Source: Eledone cirrhosa
Lineage: Eukaryota
Assembly (NCBI GenBank): GCA_964016885.1
Contig: CAXHJY010001064.1
Coordinates: forward strand, 10,789-74,788
DNA length: 64,000 bases
Reading direction: 5' to 3'
Shown piece after piece: positions 13,791 through 26,888 of this stretch (positions are counted from its first letter, which is position 1; every line of letters begins with the position of its first letter). The notes under the pieces are model-generated. The model was given only the letters and a program-made list of their open reading frames with translations, ran no database searches and had not been told where the DNA came from. The position numbers were made by a program, and so were the translations under genes.

Positions 13791-15177
13791 ATAAGTCTTT
13801 TTGAGATCCTAATCACTTAAAAGATTATGGTGCCCACTATATATAAAGGCTACAGAATTAAATTTTTGGTAAAGACAAATACATTTAATTTGAATAAAAC
13901 GGTTTCCCTTTTCCCTTGATGCACTAAATTTTTGCTTATTTTGCTGCGGAGAAAATCCCACCCTGGACTTCAGCTAAATAGAAAAGATTTGAAATGCATG
14001 TCTCTGTATGTATGGGAATTTGTGTGCATATGCATTTGTGTAGATATATTTGTGCACACGTAGTATGCAGATTTGTGTCCAATGTAAATGTTTGTATGTG
14101 AATTTATGTCCACAAATATATAAATCTACATTAATTTATGTGCATGTGGGCATGTACCTCATTTTGTGGGTATGTATGTCTTTATGTAAAGTTAAGGGCC
14201 ACACTTTTGCATTATACTATTCTGCATTGCAGTACTCTTCTACATTGTATTAAACTAACACTGCAACATCTGGAAGATATTGCACACCTGATCATTTGAC
14301 TCCTATCTATTCTATGTAACAGTATTGATCAAAATATTTGTTTAGTCTTAGATCGCTCTAATCAAGTTGACCTATGTGCTGGTGAGAGGATACATCTAAG
14401 CTGCCTTATCCACATTGTTATCAATGAGAGAGCTTCTATATGATCATTTGACTAATTAGATATAGCAACCAAATTTATAGCAACCTTGAAATCACTTCTT
14501 TTTTTTTTTTTAATTGTAAGGTGTTAGGACAGATTAAATAATGTAATCTTAGATATGCTATGTCTGAATACAAGATGGGACAGTTACTGAAGGAGCACCT
14601 TGTTCATGGTTAACCTGAGGAATAAACAGCAATATTGGTCTTATGTAATGTTATTGAAAGAAGAGTCAAGGTAGTACATAAAATGTTTGTGGAATCTACA
14701 TACATAAATTCCACACTTCCAAATTAACCATAATTTAATACTGACATATTTAGAATGCATCATTATCATCATAATCATCATCGTTTAACATCCATTTTCT
14801 CTGCTAACAAGGTCAGCAGACCAAGTCGGTACTAAAGTGGAACTACTGACCTCACAGATAGGTCAGGGCCTGCTTCTTGCTTACATATGTTTCTGCACTC
14901 TGTGGAGTGCTCAGATAGGCCAGCAGTCTGAAACTCACTTACATACAATCCTGTACACTCGCAAATTCAGTTTATCATAACAACAGCATTAAAAAGGTTG
15001 TCATGTCTTTAACGCAGCCAAAGAATCCTCCCAACATTTTCTCAGGTTTTCAATGGCTGGATGCCCTTCATGTTACAAACCACTTTACAGATCGTACTGG
15101 GTGCATTTATCATGCAAGTGTATATATTCTGGATGTTCTAGGTGAATGTTGCACATCCATAAAAGATGAAAAATTTT

Positions 15178-15830
15178 CATCATCATCATCATCCTCATCA
15201 TTATTTTACATCTGTTGTTCAATGCTTGCATGGGTTGAATGGGTTTTTTTTTCAGCACAACATCTCTCCACTTATCACGTTCATTCGACAGCTACTCTGT
15301 AAGCTTCAGCAAATTGAGATCAGCTCTCATCCCCTCCGCCCAGGTCTTTCTTGATTTTCCTCTACTGCATCTTCCTTCCACTGGAATTTCTTGGCATTTT
15401 TCACCCAGTGAACACTATCCATACACATAACATATCCATGCCAGTGCAATCTTCTCTCTTGTACATCCATCGAAGCTTGGTTGCTTCATTTCTCTCCAGC
15501 TGTCGGATATCATCTGTGTTCACTGCCCATATCTCACTACCATGCAGTATCACACTTTGCACATAGATGTCATACAGCTGTCCTTTCATTCATAAGGAGA
15601 AACCTTTTGTCATCATCAGAGGAAGAAGCTCCTTAAACTTTTTCCATCCCGTCCTTATTCTTGTTACTATACTCTCAGAGCACCCTCTTCCACTGCTAAT
15701 TATATCACTGTAACATGATAACTACACATCAATCATCTAGGTAGCAAGGCTATCAACCATTTCTATGGGTCCTTCCTAGAGTTGTAAAAGGTTTATATCA
15801 GTGACACTTTTACTATCAATTGTCCCTGAA
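15178..15830 (-). pseudogene. Decayed RTE family A fragment
   Basis: ORF 15401-15589 MKGQLYDIYVQSVILHGSEIWA...LERNEA, with (cat)n tail near 15178. Confidence 0.8.
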
Positions 15831-16064
15831 AATGTCCTTTATATCTATTCTGTTCTTGCCATATTATAATATATCATGGTCATGATTTGTTTTCAAATCT
15901 AATAATACACACTGAGAAACAAAGATTAAGTCTGATTGGCATCCTATTGTGTATAAAAATAGCCTGTGTATGTTTATATGTATGCCAGGGTATTACATTC
16001 AGCACAATGACACACCATGTGACAACAGCCCAGTTATCACTGCTGGGAGGGTGCAGCTGTCACT

Positions 16065-16745
16065 GGCATACACACATGCACACACACACACACATAGCAC
16101 AATCACAGTTACACATACACATATGCACACACACACACAGCACAACCAGTTACACATATACACATAGCAAAATCACAGTTACATATACACAATAACACAT
16201 ACACAACGCAACACAACAACAGCTATACATGCACACACACAAAACAACCACATAATTACACACACACCAACACAACCACCCATGCAGCAACACACACACA
16301 CACACACACACTCACACACAATTACACATACACCAACATAACCACACATACAACCATATACACACATACAGTAACACTCATACACATATGCACACACACA
16401 ACATAATCAGTTATACATACACACATACAAAACAAACGCTCAGTTACACATACACACACTCATACCCACACAACACAACTATACACTTACACATACACAC
16501 ACTCATACCCACACAACACAACTATACACTTACACATACACACACTCATACCCACACAACACAACTATACACTTACACATACACACACTCATACCCACAC
16601 AACACAACTATGCACTTACACATACACACACTCATACCCACACAACACAACTATACACTTACACACACTCACACCCACACAACACAACTATACACTTACA
16701 CACACTCACACCCACACAATACAACCATACAGCTACACATATATG
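16065..16745. repeat. (CA)-rich microsatellite and 43-bp minisatellite
   Basis: ctcatacccacacaacacaactatacacttacacatacacaca unit at 43-bp spacing (16459, 16502, 16545...). Confidence 0.9.
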
Positions 16746-16997
16746 CTTGAATAAATCTGTCGCTCTGTTTAACACCTCTTACCTAGACCCTCGCGGCTTT
16801 TAGGGAGCTCCACCTTGTTGTAAGCATTCAGATTAAGTCTACCTTTTGAATTTACACCTTCATCCTTCCTTCTCTCCCACAAGTCACCTTTAAAAGGGTC
16901 ATAGGCAGTGCCATTCCTACTCCATCAATGAAATAAAAAATAAGAAAAATACAGCTCATCCTTGTGGAACTGGTTAACTGCAGGACATATTAATAAT

Positions 16998-17453
16998 GAT
17001 TTCTACTATAGGCACAAGGTCAGCAACTGTGGTGGAGGGGGAAATTCGATTAAACCTTTAGCATTCACATTACTCTATATATACTATTATATTGTCATGG
17101 TAAATGCTTTATCTCATATAATTATCTCACCTAATATCGAATCTATGAGATTTTGAAAGTATTTATTTTGAGAACAATACCTTAACATTAGTTTGAATGA
17201 CCAGTTACAGCCAGTTTCAACAGAAAAAGGTAGAGAATTCTGGCCGGTTTTGGCCAGTTTGAACATTAAAGGGTTAAATCAACCCCAGTGTGTTACTGGT
17301 GCTTTATTTTATTGACCCCAATAAAGTAAAGCTCCAGTCACACACTCATGAAAGACAAAGCTAACCATAGCGGGATTTGAACTCAGAACGTAAAGGGCCG
17401 TAACTCTGTGCCACAAAGCATATTGTTCGACGCTCTACTGATGCTGCCAATCC
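16998..17453 (-). mobile_element. SINE interrupted by a piggyBac-like MITE (17050-17277)
   Basis: 21-bp TSD actgcaggacatattaataat at 16977-16997 and 17454-17474. The MITE is bounded by TTAA at 17050-53 and 17274-77. Another SINE follows at 17475-17630. Confidence 0.8.
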
Positions 17454-18139
17454 ACTGCAGGACATATTAATAATTGTTTCTATTTTTGGCACAAGGCCAG
17501 CAATTATTCCAGTACATTACTGGTACTTTATTTTATCAACACCGTAAGGATGAAAGGCAAGGTTAACCTTGGTGGGATTTGGATCAAAACGTAAAGAGCC
17601 GTAACTCTGTGTTGTAAAGCATGTCCTATGTGTAGTCCTATGACAGGGTTTCTCAGTTTCTTTCAACCAAATTGTCTCACACACACACATGTGCACACAC
17701 ACACACATGTGCAGACACTCACACAGATGCACATATACACAAATCGTAACTCCTTCCTTCATCAACCAATTCTCTATTATCACTCACTAGATCCTCTAAT
17801 TAAGCATGTCCTCCTTTTTGTCTTGTTTTTGTTGCTACAAGTGAAACTTCCACTGTTTTAGTTTGTTTTTTTAATTTTGTTTTTTGTTTTTATCTCTCAT
17901 GATTCAATGAAATACACCTGCCTCTCTACTTGTCACTACTACTACAACAACAACATGCATTGTGTTTACCGAGCCTTCCGAGTCCCTGAGCCCCAACAAT
18001 AAAATTCTTTTCACAACTCTTTCTTTCCTACAACTGGAACTACCTTCTCCTGTTTATATTTCTACTAACAGTTAAGAAGAACCTCAAAGAGCACATGTGT
18101 ATATGTATATATATATGTGTGTATATGTATACATATATC

Positions 18140-18492
18140 ATCTAAGGTGGGTAACATTCCCAAGATCCATGTACAAGTTCTCTCCAGTGGTCTCTGTCCT
18201 TCATCATCACCGCCATCTCCTGCATCTCCCACAGACCAGTGTCTGTCCTTAGGGCATCAATATGTCAACCTTGGTCTCCCTCTTCTAGTGTGTTCATGTA
18301 GGGACTCCCACAGGACCACTGAGTGCAGTATCAACACTGAATGTTGGTGAGCATGTCCAGCTAACCTCAGTCTCCTCTGTGTTACTTTCAAGCTGACTTT
18401 TGGGAGGTTCCCGTACAGCTCTGAGTTCTTCATCCTCAGTATATACTGATTAATGTTCAGAGCCATCCTCAGCATTGTGGTGTAGCACCTAT
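18140..18492 (-). mobile_element. RTE family B 3' fragment
   Basis: ORF 18257-18511 (CYTTMLRMALNINQY...QRRLRLAGHA...GRPRLTY) is homologous to 59695-60177. Confidence 0.85.
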
Positions 18493-18497
18493 GATAT

Positions 18498-20878
18498 ATC
18501 ATCATCATCATCGTTTAACGTCCATTTTCCACGCTAGTATGGGTTAGCATGGGTTGTCCCACTTGAGGCAAGGTTGGTCGGGTGACCGTGTCTCGCTCAT
18601 ATAGGACTATCTGGCAGGTTTTCTACGGCTGGATGCCCTTCCTAACACCAACCACATTTACAGTGTGGAACTGGGAACTTTTTACCATGGTACCTACACG
18701 GCCACATTACAGCGTGGACTGTGTGTGTTTTTTTCTCGTGACACCTACACGATCTCGATCTCATTATCTCGTGCTGTTGGCGGGAGTGGGAGGATAGGGT
18801 AGGGGTAGTGGGATTGGGGTGTATATTTGGTTAGGAGGTGCCTACTGACTGTAGGTTTCGCTTTGTACATAGGCAAGGAGAGTCTTCTGTATTACTGTGT
18901 AGCGCCAAAGATCTCGGTCCAGTGACATTGTCTTAGAGAGGTGCAAGTGTGTAAGGTCAGAATTTATCAAATTGTCCCAGGTTTTTCTGGGTCTACCTAC
19001 TCCGTAACTACCATCAATTTTGATCACCCTGCACTTTTTTATACAGCTGTCATCTTTCATGCGCATCACGTGGCCATACCAACGTAGTCTTCTCTCGAGT
19101 AAACAGCATCTGATCCCTCTTATTCCTAATTTCTCACTTAGTTCATTTATGCTTTGCCGTTCACATATATTACTATTACACATCCAACGGAGCATGCATG
19201 CTTCGTTCCTTTCCAGTCTACGCAGGTCCTCTGCACGCAATGCCCAAGTCTCACTGCAATGTAGCATTGCTGTTCGTATACAAGCATCATGCAATCTGCC
19301 TTTCATTTTTATGGAGGCACATGGCTTAGTGGTTAGAGCATTGGCCTTGCAATCGACCTTGCATCAGACCGGGTGATGTGTTGTTTCCTTGAGCAAATAT
19401 TTTATTTCACATTGCTCCAGTTTACTCAGCTGTAGAAATGAGATGATAGGGACTGGGGTCCATATCATTCCACTGCAAAGTGGTCATGGAGGTGCCACGT
19501 CAAAAAAGCACCCAGCATTCACTGTAAATGAGGTTGGTGTTAGGAAGGGCATCCAGCTGTAGAAATCAAGCCAGAATCAGTTCCTGTCCCACCCTTGCAA
19601 GCAGGGAAAAGCGGACGTGAAAATGATGATGAAAATGATAATGAAACCTTTTGTGGCCAACAGCGGTATAAGCTCTCTGAACTTTTTCCATCCCGTTCTG
19701 ACTCTGGCTACTGTACTTTCAGAACACCCTCCACTACTGCTGATTTCGTCACCCAGGTAACGGAAAGTGCCTACTATTTCTATAGAGCCATCTGGGCAAT
19801 AGAAGGGGCTAGTATCCTGTGGACACTTGCTACCTATTGCACCTGAGCATCGGCCACATATAAAGTCTACGTTCTTAGATAGTTTACTTGTGATCCCACT
19901 ACATCTTTTATGTACCCATACTTTGCATTTGGGACATAAAATTGAATTTCTGCCTACTCCTTTCCTACACACTGAGCAAGGCCATTTCCCTGAGGGTACC
20001 TGTGCCTTGTTTTCCTTTCTACAAACTAGGACTTTAGTCTTAGACAAGTTAACTTTAAGGCCTTTTGATTCTAGGCCATGCTTCCATGTTTGGAATTTCT
20101 TTTCTAGTTCAGCCATTGATTCAGCTATGAGCGTTAGATCATCTGCGTATAGGAGTTCCCATGGGCAGCCGGTCTTGAACTCCTCTGTTATAGCCTGAAG
20201 GGCAATAATAAATAGGAAGGGGCTAAGGACAGAGCCTTGGTGAACACCAACTTTTACACTAAATTCTTCACAATATTCATTGTTAATTCTAACCTTGCTG
20301 ACTGTTTCTTTATACATGGCTTGTATAGCTCTCACAAGCCATTCATCAACACCTAGGTTTCTAAGAGCCCACCAGATAATGGAGCGGGGGACTCTGTCAA
20401 AGGCTTTTTCCAGGTCTACAAAAGCTAAGTAGAGGGGTTTACTTTTAGCTAGGTACTTCTCTTGTAGTTGTCGTACAAGGAAAAGCGCGTCTGTGGTACT
20501 TTTACCTGACACAAACCCAAACTGCATTTCATTTAGATCAATTTGCTCTCTGATTAGTTGCGCTATAACTCTTTCTGTGACCTTCATGACCTGGTCAACT
20601 AACTTAATGCCTCTATAGTTTCCTCTATCTAGAGCATCTCCTTTACCCTTGTAGCAGTTAATGATGATGCTGCTACGCCAGTCTTTTGGTATGACCCCAT
20701 TCTGTATTACTTGGTTAACTATACAGGTGACCATAGTATGTCCCACCATTCCAGATGCCTTCAACATCTCAGCAACTATCTCCGAAGCTCCAGCTGCCTT
20801 GCCTGTCTTCATATCTTTGACTGCCTTACTTATTATACTACCTTTAACTTGCACCGCTGATCCTTCTATTGGATCGAC
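18498..20878 (-). mobile_element. 5'-truncated RTE LINE family A (RT + PHD finger + thumb), split by a SINE
   Basis: ORFs 19577-20854 (NYRGIKL, FVDLEKAFDRV, GVHQGSVLSP, YADD) and 18842-19306, then 3' UTR and (cat)n tail at ~18498. Confidence 0.92.
19310..19643 (+). mobile_element. SINE with tRNA-like head and RTE-derived 3' end
   Basis: Head ggaggcacatggcttagtggttagagc. The 3' part (aaaagcacccagc...taggaagggcatccagctgtagaaa...ggacgtgaaaatgatgatg) matches the RTE-A 3' UTR and tail. Confidence 0.8.
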
Positions 20879-21172
20879 ATATATATATATTAGATTTGGT
20901 GCTCTGAAATAGCGATGTTACATAAATGTATGCATAGTATATTTGCCAATATACCGTATGTGTAATTAAAAACATTTTGAAGACTTTACGCTATCATTTT
21001 TAAATGTCACTTACTTCTTTTTGGCGAAAATATACACACATATATATATATATGCACATATATATATACACACACAAAAATATATATATATATATATTTT
21101 AACATTTCAGACAAAGCCTTATATAAAACATAGAATTATGAATGACATTCAGCCTGCTAAATACTACAGCTA

Positions 21173-21371
21173 CTAAGTTCGGCTGAAAAGTTCATAGGCT
21201 GACTATGAAGGAATGATGCTACAGCTGTGAAATCTTGCATACGTTAGTTTCAACTCTTCTTATTAATAACTGCATTGTTTCTTTCTAGGGGACTATGTTG
21301 AAAAACAAACCTCATTTGGTCATTCAATGAGAGTATCTTGGGTAGCCTATGAACTTCTCAGCTGATCCTCG
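21173..21371. mobile_element. Tc1/mariner-type MITE
   Basis: TIR (cgaggg)tcggctgaaaagttcataggct, TA-flanked. Same family at 25011 and 31282. Confidence 0.75.
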
Positions 21372-21584
21372 TAGATTTCCCTTATATTATACCTGCCATC
21401 TTCATAAAAGGTAAAGGCACACTTAAGAGAATGTAGTCCCAGTCAACCCACTACTTCTGGTGAAAACAAGATGAGGCAGTTATATGTAGCTAGAACACCT
21501 TTGATCATGGTTCTGTTTGTTCAATCAGGATTGACCTGAGGCTAATCAATAACAACAATACCAACAATATGTGTGTGTATACAG

Positions 21585-21741
21585 ACATACATACCTAAAT
21601 ACATACATACATGCATATATACATACATACATACCTAAATACATACATACATACCTAAATACATACATACATACCTAAATATACATACTTACATACATAC
21701 CTAAATACATACATTCATACCTAAATACATACATACATATA
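21585..21741. repeat. (TACA)n / catacctaaata compound microsatellite
   Basis: Direct read. It resumes at 22348-22398 and 23190-23360. Confidence 0.9.
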
Positions 21742-22347
21742 TGGTGGCTGCCAACTCGTTTTCGAGTACGGCCACTACTTTATATCCATGTAGGAGAACT
21801 CCTACCGATGCCCTGAACGAGTGTTACTTTTTAGTCCAGCCAGCGACTTGAAAACTCTGGTACAAACACTACACTTGTGACAATTATTGACACATAGTGC
21901 TGGGCCCATGGTACCATGTGACGACACGTGCAGAGAGATCTCCAGATATAAAGCAATGCCTGTACCATGAAGCTTTTATAGTGAGCAAAGGCACTGTACA
22001 AAGCCAGTCCCACTCTCTTAACCAAGATGATATTTACCAAAAAGAAGAACAAGTCAACATCATTGGATACCATCAGGGTTGCAGGTGTTATATCAGAGTT
22101 TTCCTTCTCCTAGAATTCTGCCTTGACAAAAGCTAAGTGGTCATCTCTCCTGGTGATTTTGGATGGCCATTGACTCTTAAGAGCTCCTTTGGCCTTTGAC
22201 AGGTTTTTTTTTTGTCCTGCAGGATGTCCAAAGTCACCCTCCTCACCAAGAAACCTTGGTGGGGTTGCCAGTTTAGTCGCCAACGACCCGACCATGAGAC
22301 AGGTTGTACTGGGATACATGTTACCAGTAGCACCAACTGGTGACCTG
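21742..22347 (-). mobile_element. ~600-bp non-coding insertion in the (TACA)n array, with structured ends
   Basis: Unique sequence bounded on both sides by the TACA array, with hairpins at both termini and no recognisable ORF. Strand is inferred. Confidence 0.4.
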
Positions 22348-22398
22348 ACATACATATATACATACATACATACATACATACCTAAATACATACATACA

Positions 22399-23190
22399 GA
22401 CCATAGAGGGGATAAACCACTCAAAAAGCCTGGCATGGAGTTCCGACAAGTTTATGACATCACACCTTGAGGGATATCTCTATGCAATACAGGAACAAGA
22501 ACTCCCTACCAAATATCTACTGCACAAAAGGGCCATCAGCTGACAATAAATGTAGGCTATGTAAAACAAAGGTCGAGGATGTAAGCCACATTGTTGCCAG
22601 CTGCGAAAGAATGTCATCTCGCTACTACCTCCCCATGAGACACGATGGGATAGCTAGAACCATCTGGAACGCACTTCGAAAAACAAAATTAACAACAAAC
22701 GAGGAAGAATATATTGAGACAGATGGCACTAAGGAATACTGGTAGAACCTGAAAATAAAAACTGCCACCAAATTAAAGCACAACCGGCCTGATATTGTTG
22801 TTTGGGACCACACATTGAAAACGTGTTCTGCTGTGGAGATCAGCTGTAAACGTTGTCAGAAAAATACAGGAGAAGGAGGACATCTACGGACCATTGATGA
22901 GGAGTTTACAAATCCAGTATCCAAGATACACCTTTAGCTTCATACCCATCATTATTGGAGCTACGGGTTATATACCAACCCGCTTGGACCAAAGTATGAC
23001 TGAACTTCGATTTGCGGACAAAGAGCGCAGCTCCCTAATTCATAGTCTACAAATGGCTGCAATAGCTGGCACCTTCAAAATTTGCAAAACATTCTTGCAA
23101 TTCAAGGGATGACAATTTCTTTTCTTTTACAACCTTGCCAGGAAGGTGGCCGGTCAAAAGAATATACTCGAAATTAAGAGAAAGAGATAA
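22399..23190 (+). mobile_element. 5'-truncated R4/Dong-clade non-LTR retrotransposon (CCHC knuckle + RLE) in (TACA)n
   Basis: CRLC...HIVASC...YLPMRHD, W*NLKIKT...HNRPDIVVWD...VEISC and IPIIIGATG, with a stop and a frameshift. Flanked by TACA repeats. Confidence 0.85.
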
Positions 23191-23272
23191 CATACATACC
23201 TAAATACATACATACTTAAATACATACATACATACATACATACATACATACATACATACATACATACATACA

Positions 23273-23303
<31 letters not shown>

Positions 23304-23744
23304 GTGTGTGTGTGACTGTCTGTGTGTGTATATACATACATACATACCTAAGTACATACATGCATACATATATTTATACATACAAACATTGCTGTGTGTG
23401 TCTGTCTGTGTGTGTGTCTGTCTTTGTGTGTGAGCTTATGTATGTGTGCATTGATATATATACACACACAGAATTAAAAGCCTGCTGTAGGGAAGAAAAA
23501 AATACGATTGCCAAAGTAGCGGGTAGCAATTGTATGGAAGAGCAAAAGAGTAATAAAGAAAAGAGGAATGAAAGAGGAAAGCGAAAATAAAAAGATGAAT
23601 GAAACACAGAATTATGAAAAAGAAAGAGGAGAAAGAAAGAAAGAAAGCATCAATCCAATAGATTGAGTTCTTCTTAGATTAATACAATAATATTAGCAAT
23701 AGTATGAGAATTGGACATTTCATAGAGCCTACTGACTCCTAACA

Positions 23745-24280
23745 TACAGACACACACATATATAGGCAGGCACACTCACACACACATACACATATATAGG
23801 CAGGCACACTCACACACACACACATATATAGGCAGGCACACTTACATACACACAGACATATAGGCAAGCACATTCACATACTCACACGCAGCTCACACAC
23901 ATATCCATGCACACTCACATGCACACACACACATGCACATACACATACTACATACATACATATGCATGCACACTCACATACATGCACTATGATATGCACA
24001 CATAGACATATACAACATACACACTCGTGTACATATACACACTCATACACACATATACACACTTTCATACACACATGTGCACACGCATACAGGCAAAAAC
24101 ATCAATTAGTATACAAATATAACAAAAACAACATGCACATATAGGCATACACATTCATACACACATATACACATTCACATGCATATATATATGCACACAC
24201 ATGCAGGCACACACATATAGACTCATAATCATATACACATACAGGCACACCTACATACACACATACACACATTCACACAG
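23745..24280. repeat. (CA)/(CATA)-rich low-complexity tract
   Basis: Direct read. Confidence 0.85.
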
Positions 24281-25010
24281 TCAAATTCTGGTTGCTATGA
24301 GCAACACAGATCAATCATTATAACAATGTGAATGTTGAAGGTGATTGCTATTGAAAATGACTGTTATTAATATTGGTGAAAATATGTATACTTTTTTGAT
24401 AACTAAAACGTAGTTTATTCTTGAGATTGTGAAAAGATGAATGTGAGTGTTCAGCTGTGTCAAGTACATTGCTCCACTTTACTGAAATGGTTATGAAAGT
24501 GTCTGCAGGTCACGATGCCATGGTGTGCTTCGATCTGGTGCCCTCCTTGTTGCAGTATTATTATATGACACCTTGTATAACATAGAGTTGTAGGGGTGCT
24601 GTGGTGACATATACAATGTATCTTGGGAATGTTTAAACCCTAGCTGAAGCCCATCCCTTCTCCAGGTCTCTGAACACAGTTGATTTCTTCAAGAGAGAGA
24701 GTGTGACTGAGAGAAAGTGAGAAAGAAATATGGAAAAATAATTGTTTCTACTTTAGGCACAAGGCCAGCAATTACCCAGTGCATTACTGGTACTTGGAAA
24801 AATAATCACTCCCAATTACGTGACTGGTAATTTTTGTATAGATCTCGGAAGGATTACAGTCAAAATAGACTTTGGTGGGTTATAAATTCAGAGTTAAGAG
24901 CATTAGAAGGAATATTGCAAAGCATTCTATCTGACATTCTAACAACTTCGTTCATTCACCACCTTTTATTATATCTTAACAGAAACCCAAACTTCTATAA
25001 GGACAATATA

Positions 25011-25206
25011 CGAGTGTCGGCTGAAAAGTTCATAGGTTGACTATGAAGGAGTGATGCTAGAGCTGTGATATCTTGTGTGCATTAATTCGAACTCTTCTTA
25101 TTAAAATACATTGTTTCTTTCTAAGGACTATGTTGAAAAATAAACCTCATTTGGTCATTCCATGAGAGTATCTTGGTTAGCCTATGAAATTTTCAGCTGA
25201 CCCTCA
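25011..25206. mobile_element. Tc1/mariner-type MITE
   Basis: TA-cgagtgtcggctgaaaagttcatagg ... cctatgaaattttcagctgaccctca-TA. Confidence 0.85.
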
Positions 25207-26130
25207 TATTTAATATTTAACACAGCAACAATAGAGTAATCTCCCCTTAACACATAATGCATTGTTAAGGAAAGAAATTCATTAAAAAATTTCAGCGTGC
25301 TGAAGGTTAATTGCTCTGAATCTTAACAAAAGGATGATCTTTTAACTTTGTTTAAAACAGTTTTTATATATTCAATTTTTGATGATGACTATGAAATAAA
25401 ATTTTATGAGATTTACAATGGAGAGGTAAACTTCCCATCTGGCTAGCTTGAATGAGTGTTGAAGTCACTGATAAATCAGTATATGTATGTGTGTATGTAG
25501 TGGTTAACTTTCACTTTGTCACAATATAATAGTATATAAACCGGCTGTATTTGGCTAACATTCTCTCATATCTGGTTTAAATGCTAAAAGGTTAAGGGAC
25601 ATGTGTTGTGAAAGACATTTCACTAATTCTCCAGGCTCACTACTCTCCTGAATTGAGAGTTGACATCATCTGAACTGTGATAACAGAACTGAAAGCCATC
25701 CTGAATATGCTTTGTAAATTTTGGTGGAAGCTATAATCGATTAAATTGACCATAGTAATTAACTGGTACATATTTTATCAACCCCCATTAGCATTTAATC
25801 TCAGAATGTAAACAGAATCCATTAAATACATTGCAGTACTACATTAACTGTGTTACCAATTCTGCCAATCTATTTAATTACATTAAAGTCAACTTAATCC
25901 AATTAGACCTTCCCTAAAGATTTAGCCTTGTACCTAGTCAAAAGAAAGCAGATATAAAGTTTGATCTTACACTAAACTAAATGATAGGATTACCAGAAAT
26001 ATCCATATTTAGTTTTTATGCAAAGAAAATAAATATATAAATATAGACAAAAAAAAAAATCTACCAAAAGTATAAAGGAGAAAATCAATCTATCATTTGG
26101 TTAGAAAAGATTATTATTTCTCTGGAAGTG

Positions 26131-26161
<31 letters not shown>

Positions 26162-26349
26162 GTAATAACAGCAGCAACAAAAAAACAAAAACAACAACAA
26201 CAGTAATAACAGCAACAACAACAACATTAATAACAGCAACAACAACAGCAACAACAGTAATAACAGCAACAACAACAAAAACAACAGCAACAACAAAAAC
26301 AACTAAAACAACAACAACAACAGTAATAACAACAACAACAACAACAACA
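26131..26349. repeat. (AAC)n microsatellite
   Basis: Direct read. Confidence 0.95.
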
Positions 26350-26659
26350 TAGTCATCAAGTATAGTCTGTCAAGGAATTAATGATCAAATTTTTCATAAA
26401 CGGGCATAAGAGGAGAGACTAAAAGAAAAATAAGTTTGGCAGTTAACCAATTATAGTAAATTAAATTTAGCCAACCCACCATAAAGTGGTATGAAAAAAT
26501 GTATTGACTACTATGTTATAATAGATTTATTTTTTCAAAATATGGTTTAATACATACAGAGTGCAGGAACTTATGTAAGAAAAAGGTCAGTAGTTCTGAT
26601 TAAGTACTGATTTTGTCTGTGATAACCTGCCCAGGCATTGCAACCAGGGCAAGCAAATA

Positions 26660-26888
26660 TTAACCCTTTAGCATTTAAACCAGCCATATCCAGTCAGAAT
26701 TCTCTCACCTCTTTCTCCTTAAACCAGCTGTAACTGGCCACTCATACCAAGGTTAGGGTATTGTTCTCAAAATAATAATAATATCAAAATCTCATAGATT
26801 CAATATTACGAGATAATTATGTGAGGTAAAAGCCTTTACTGCAAAAGTCAATAGTATATATAGAGTAATGTAAATGCTAAAGGGTTAA
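26660..26888. mobile_element. piggyBac-like MITE
   Basis: TTAA-ccctttagcattta ... taaatgctaaaggg-TTAA, perfect 14-bp TIR. Confidence 0.9.

Noticed and set aside
21744-21826. Plus-strand HDV-like pseudoknot (gtggctg/cggccac; actcgtt/aacgagt)
   Set aside because: Only 8 nt lie between P2 and P1', leaving no room for P3/L3. A simple nested hairpin explains it better.
26114-26352. Poly-N/T/L ORFs
   Set aside because: (AAC)n microsatellite.
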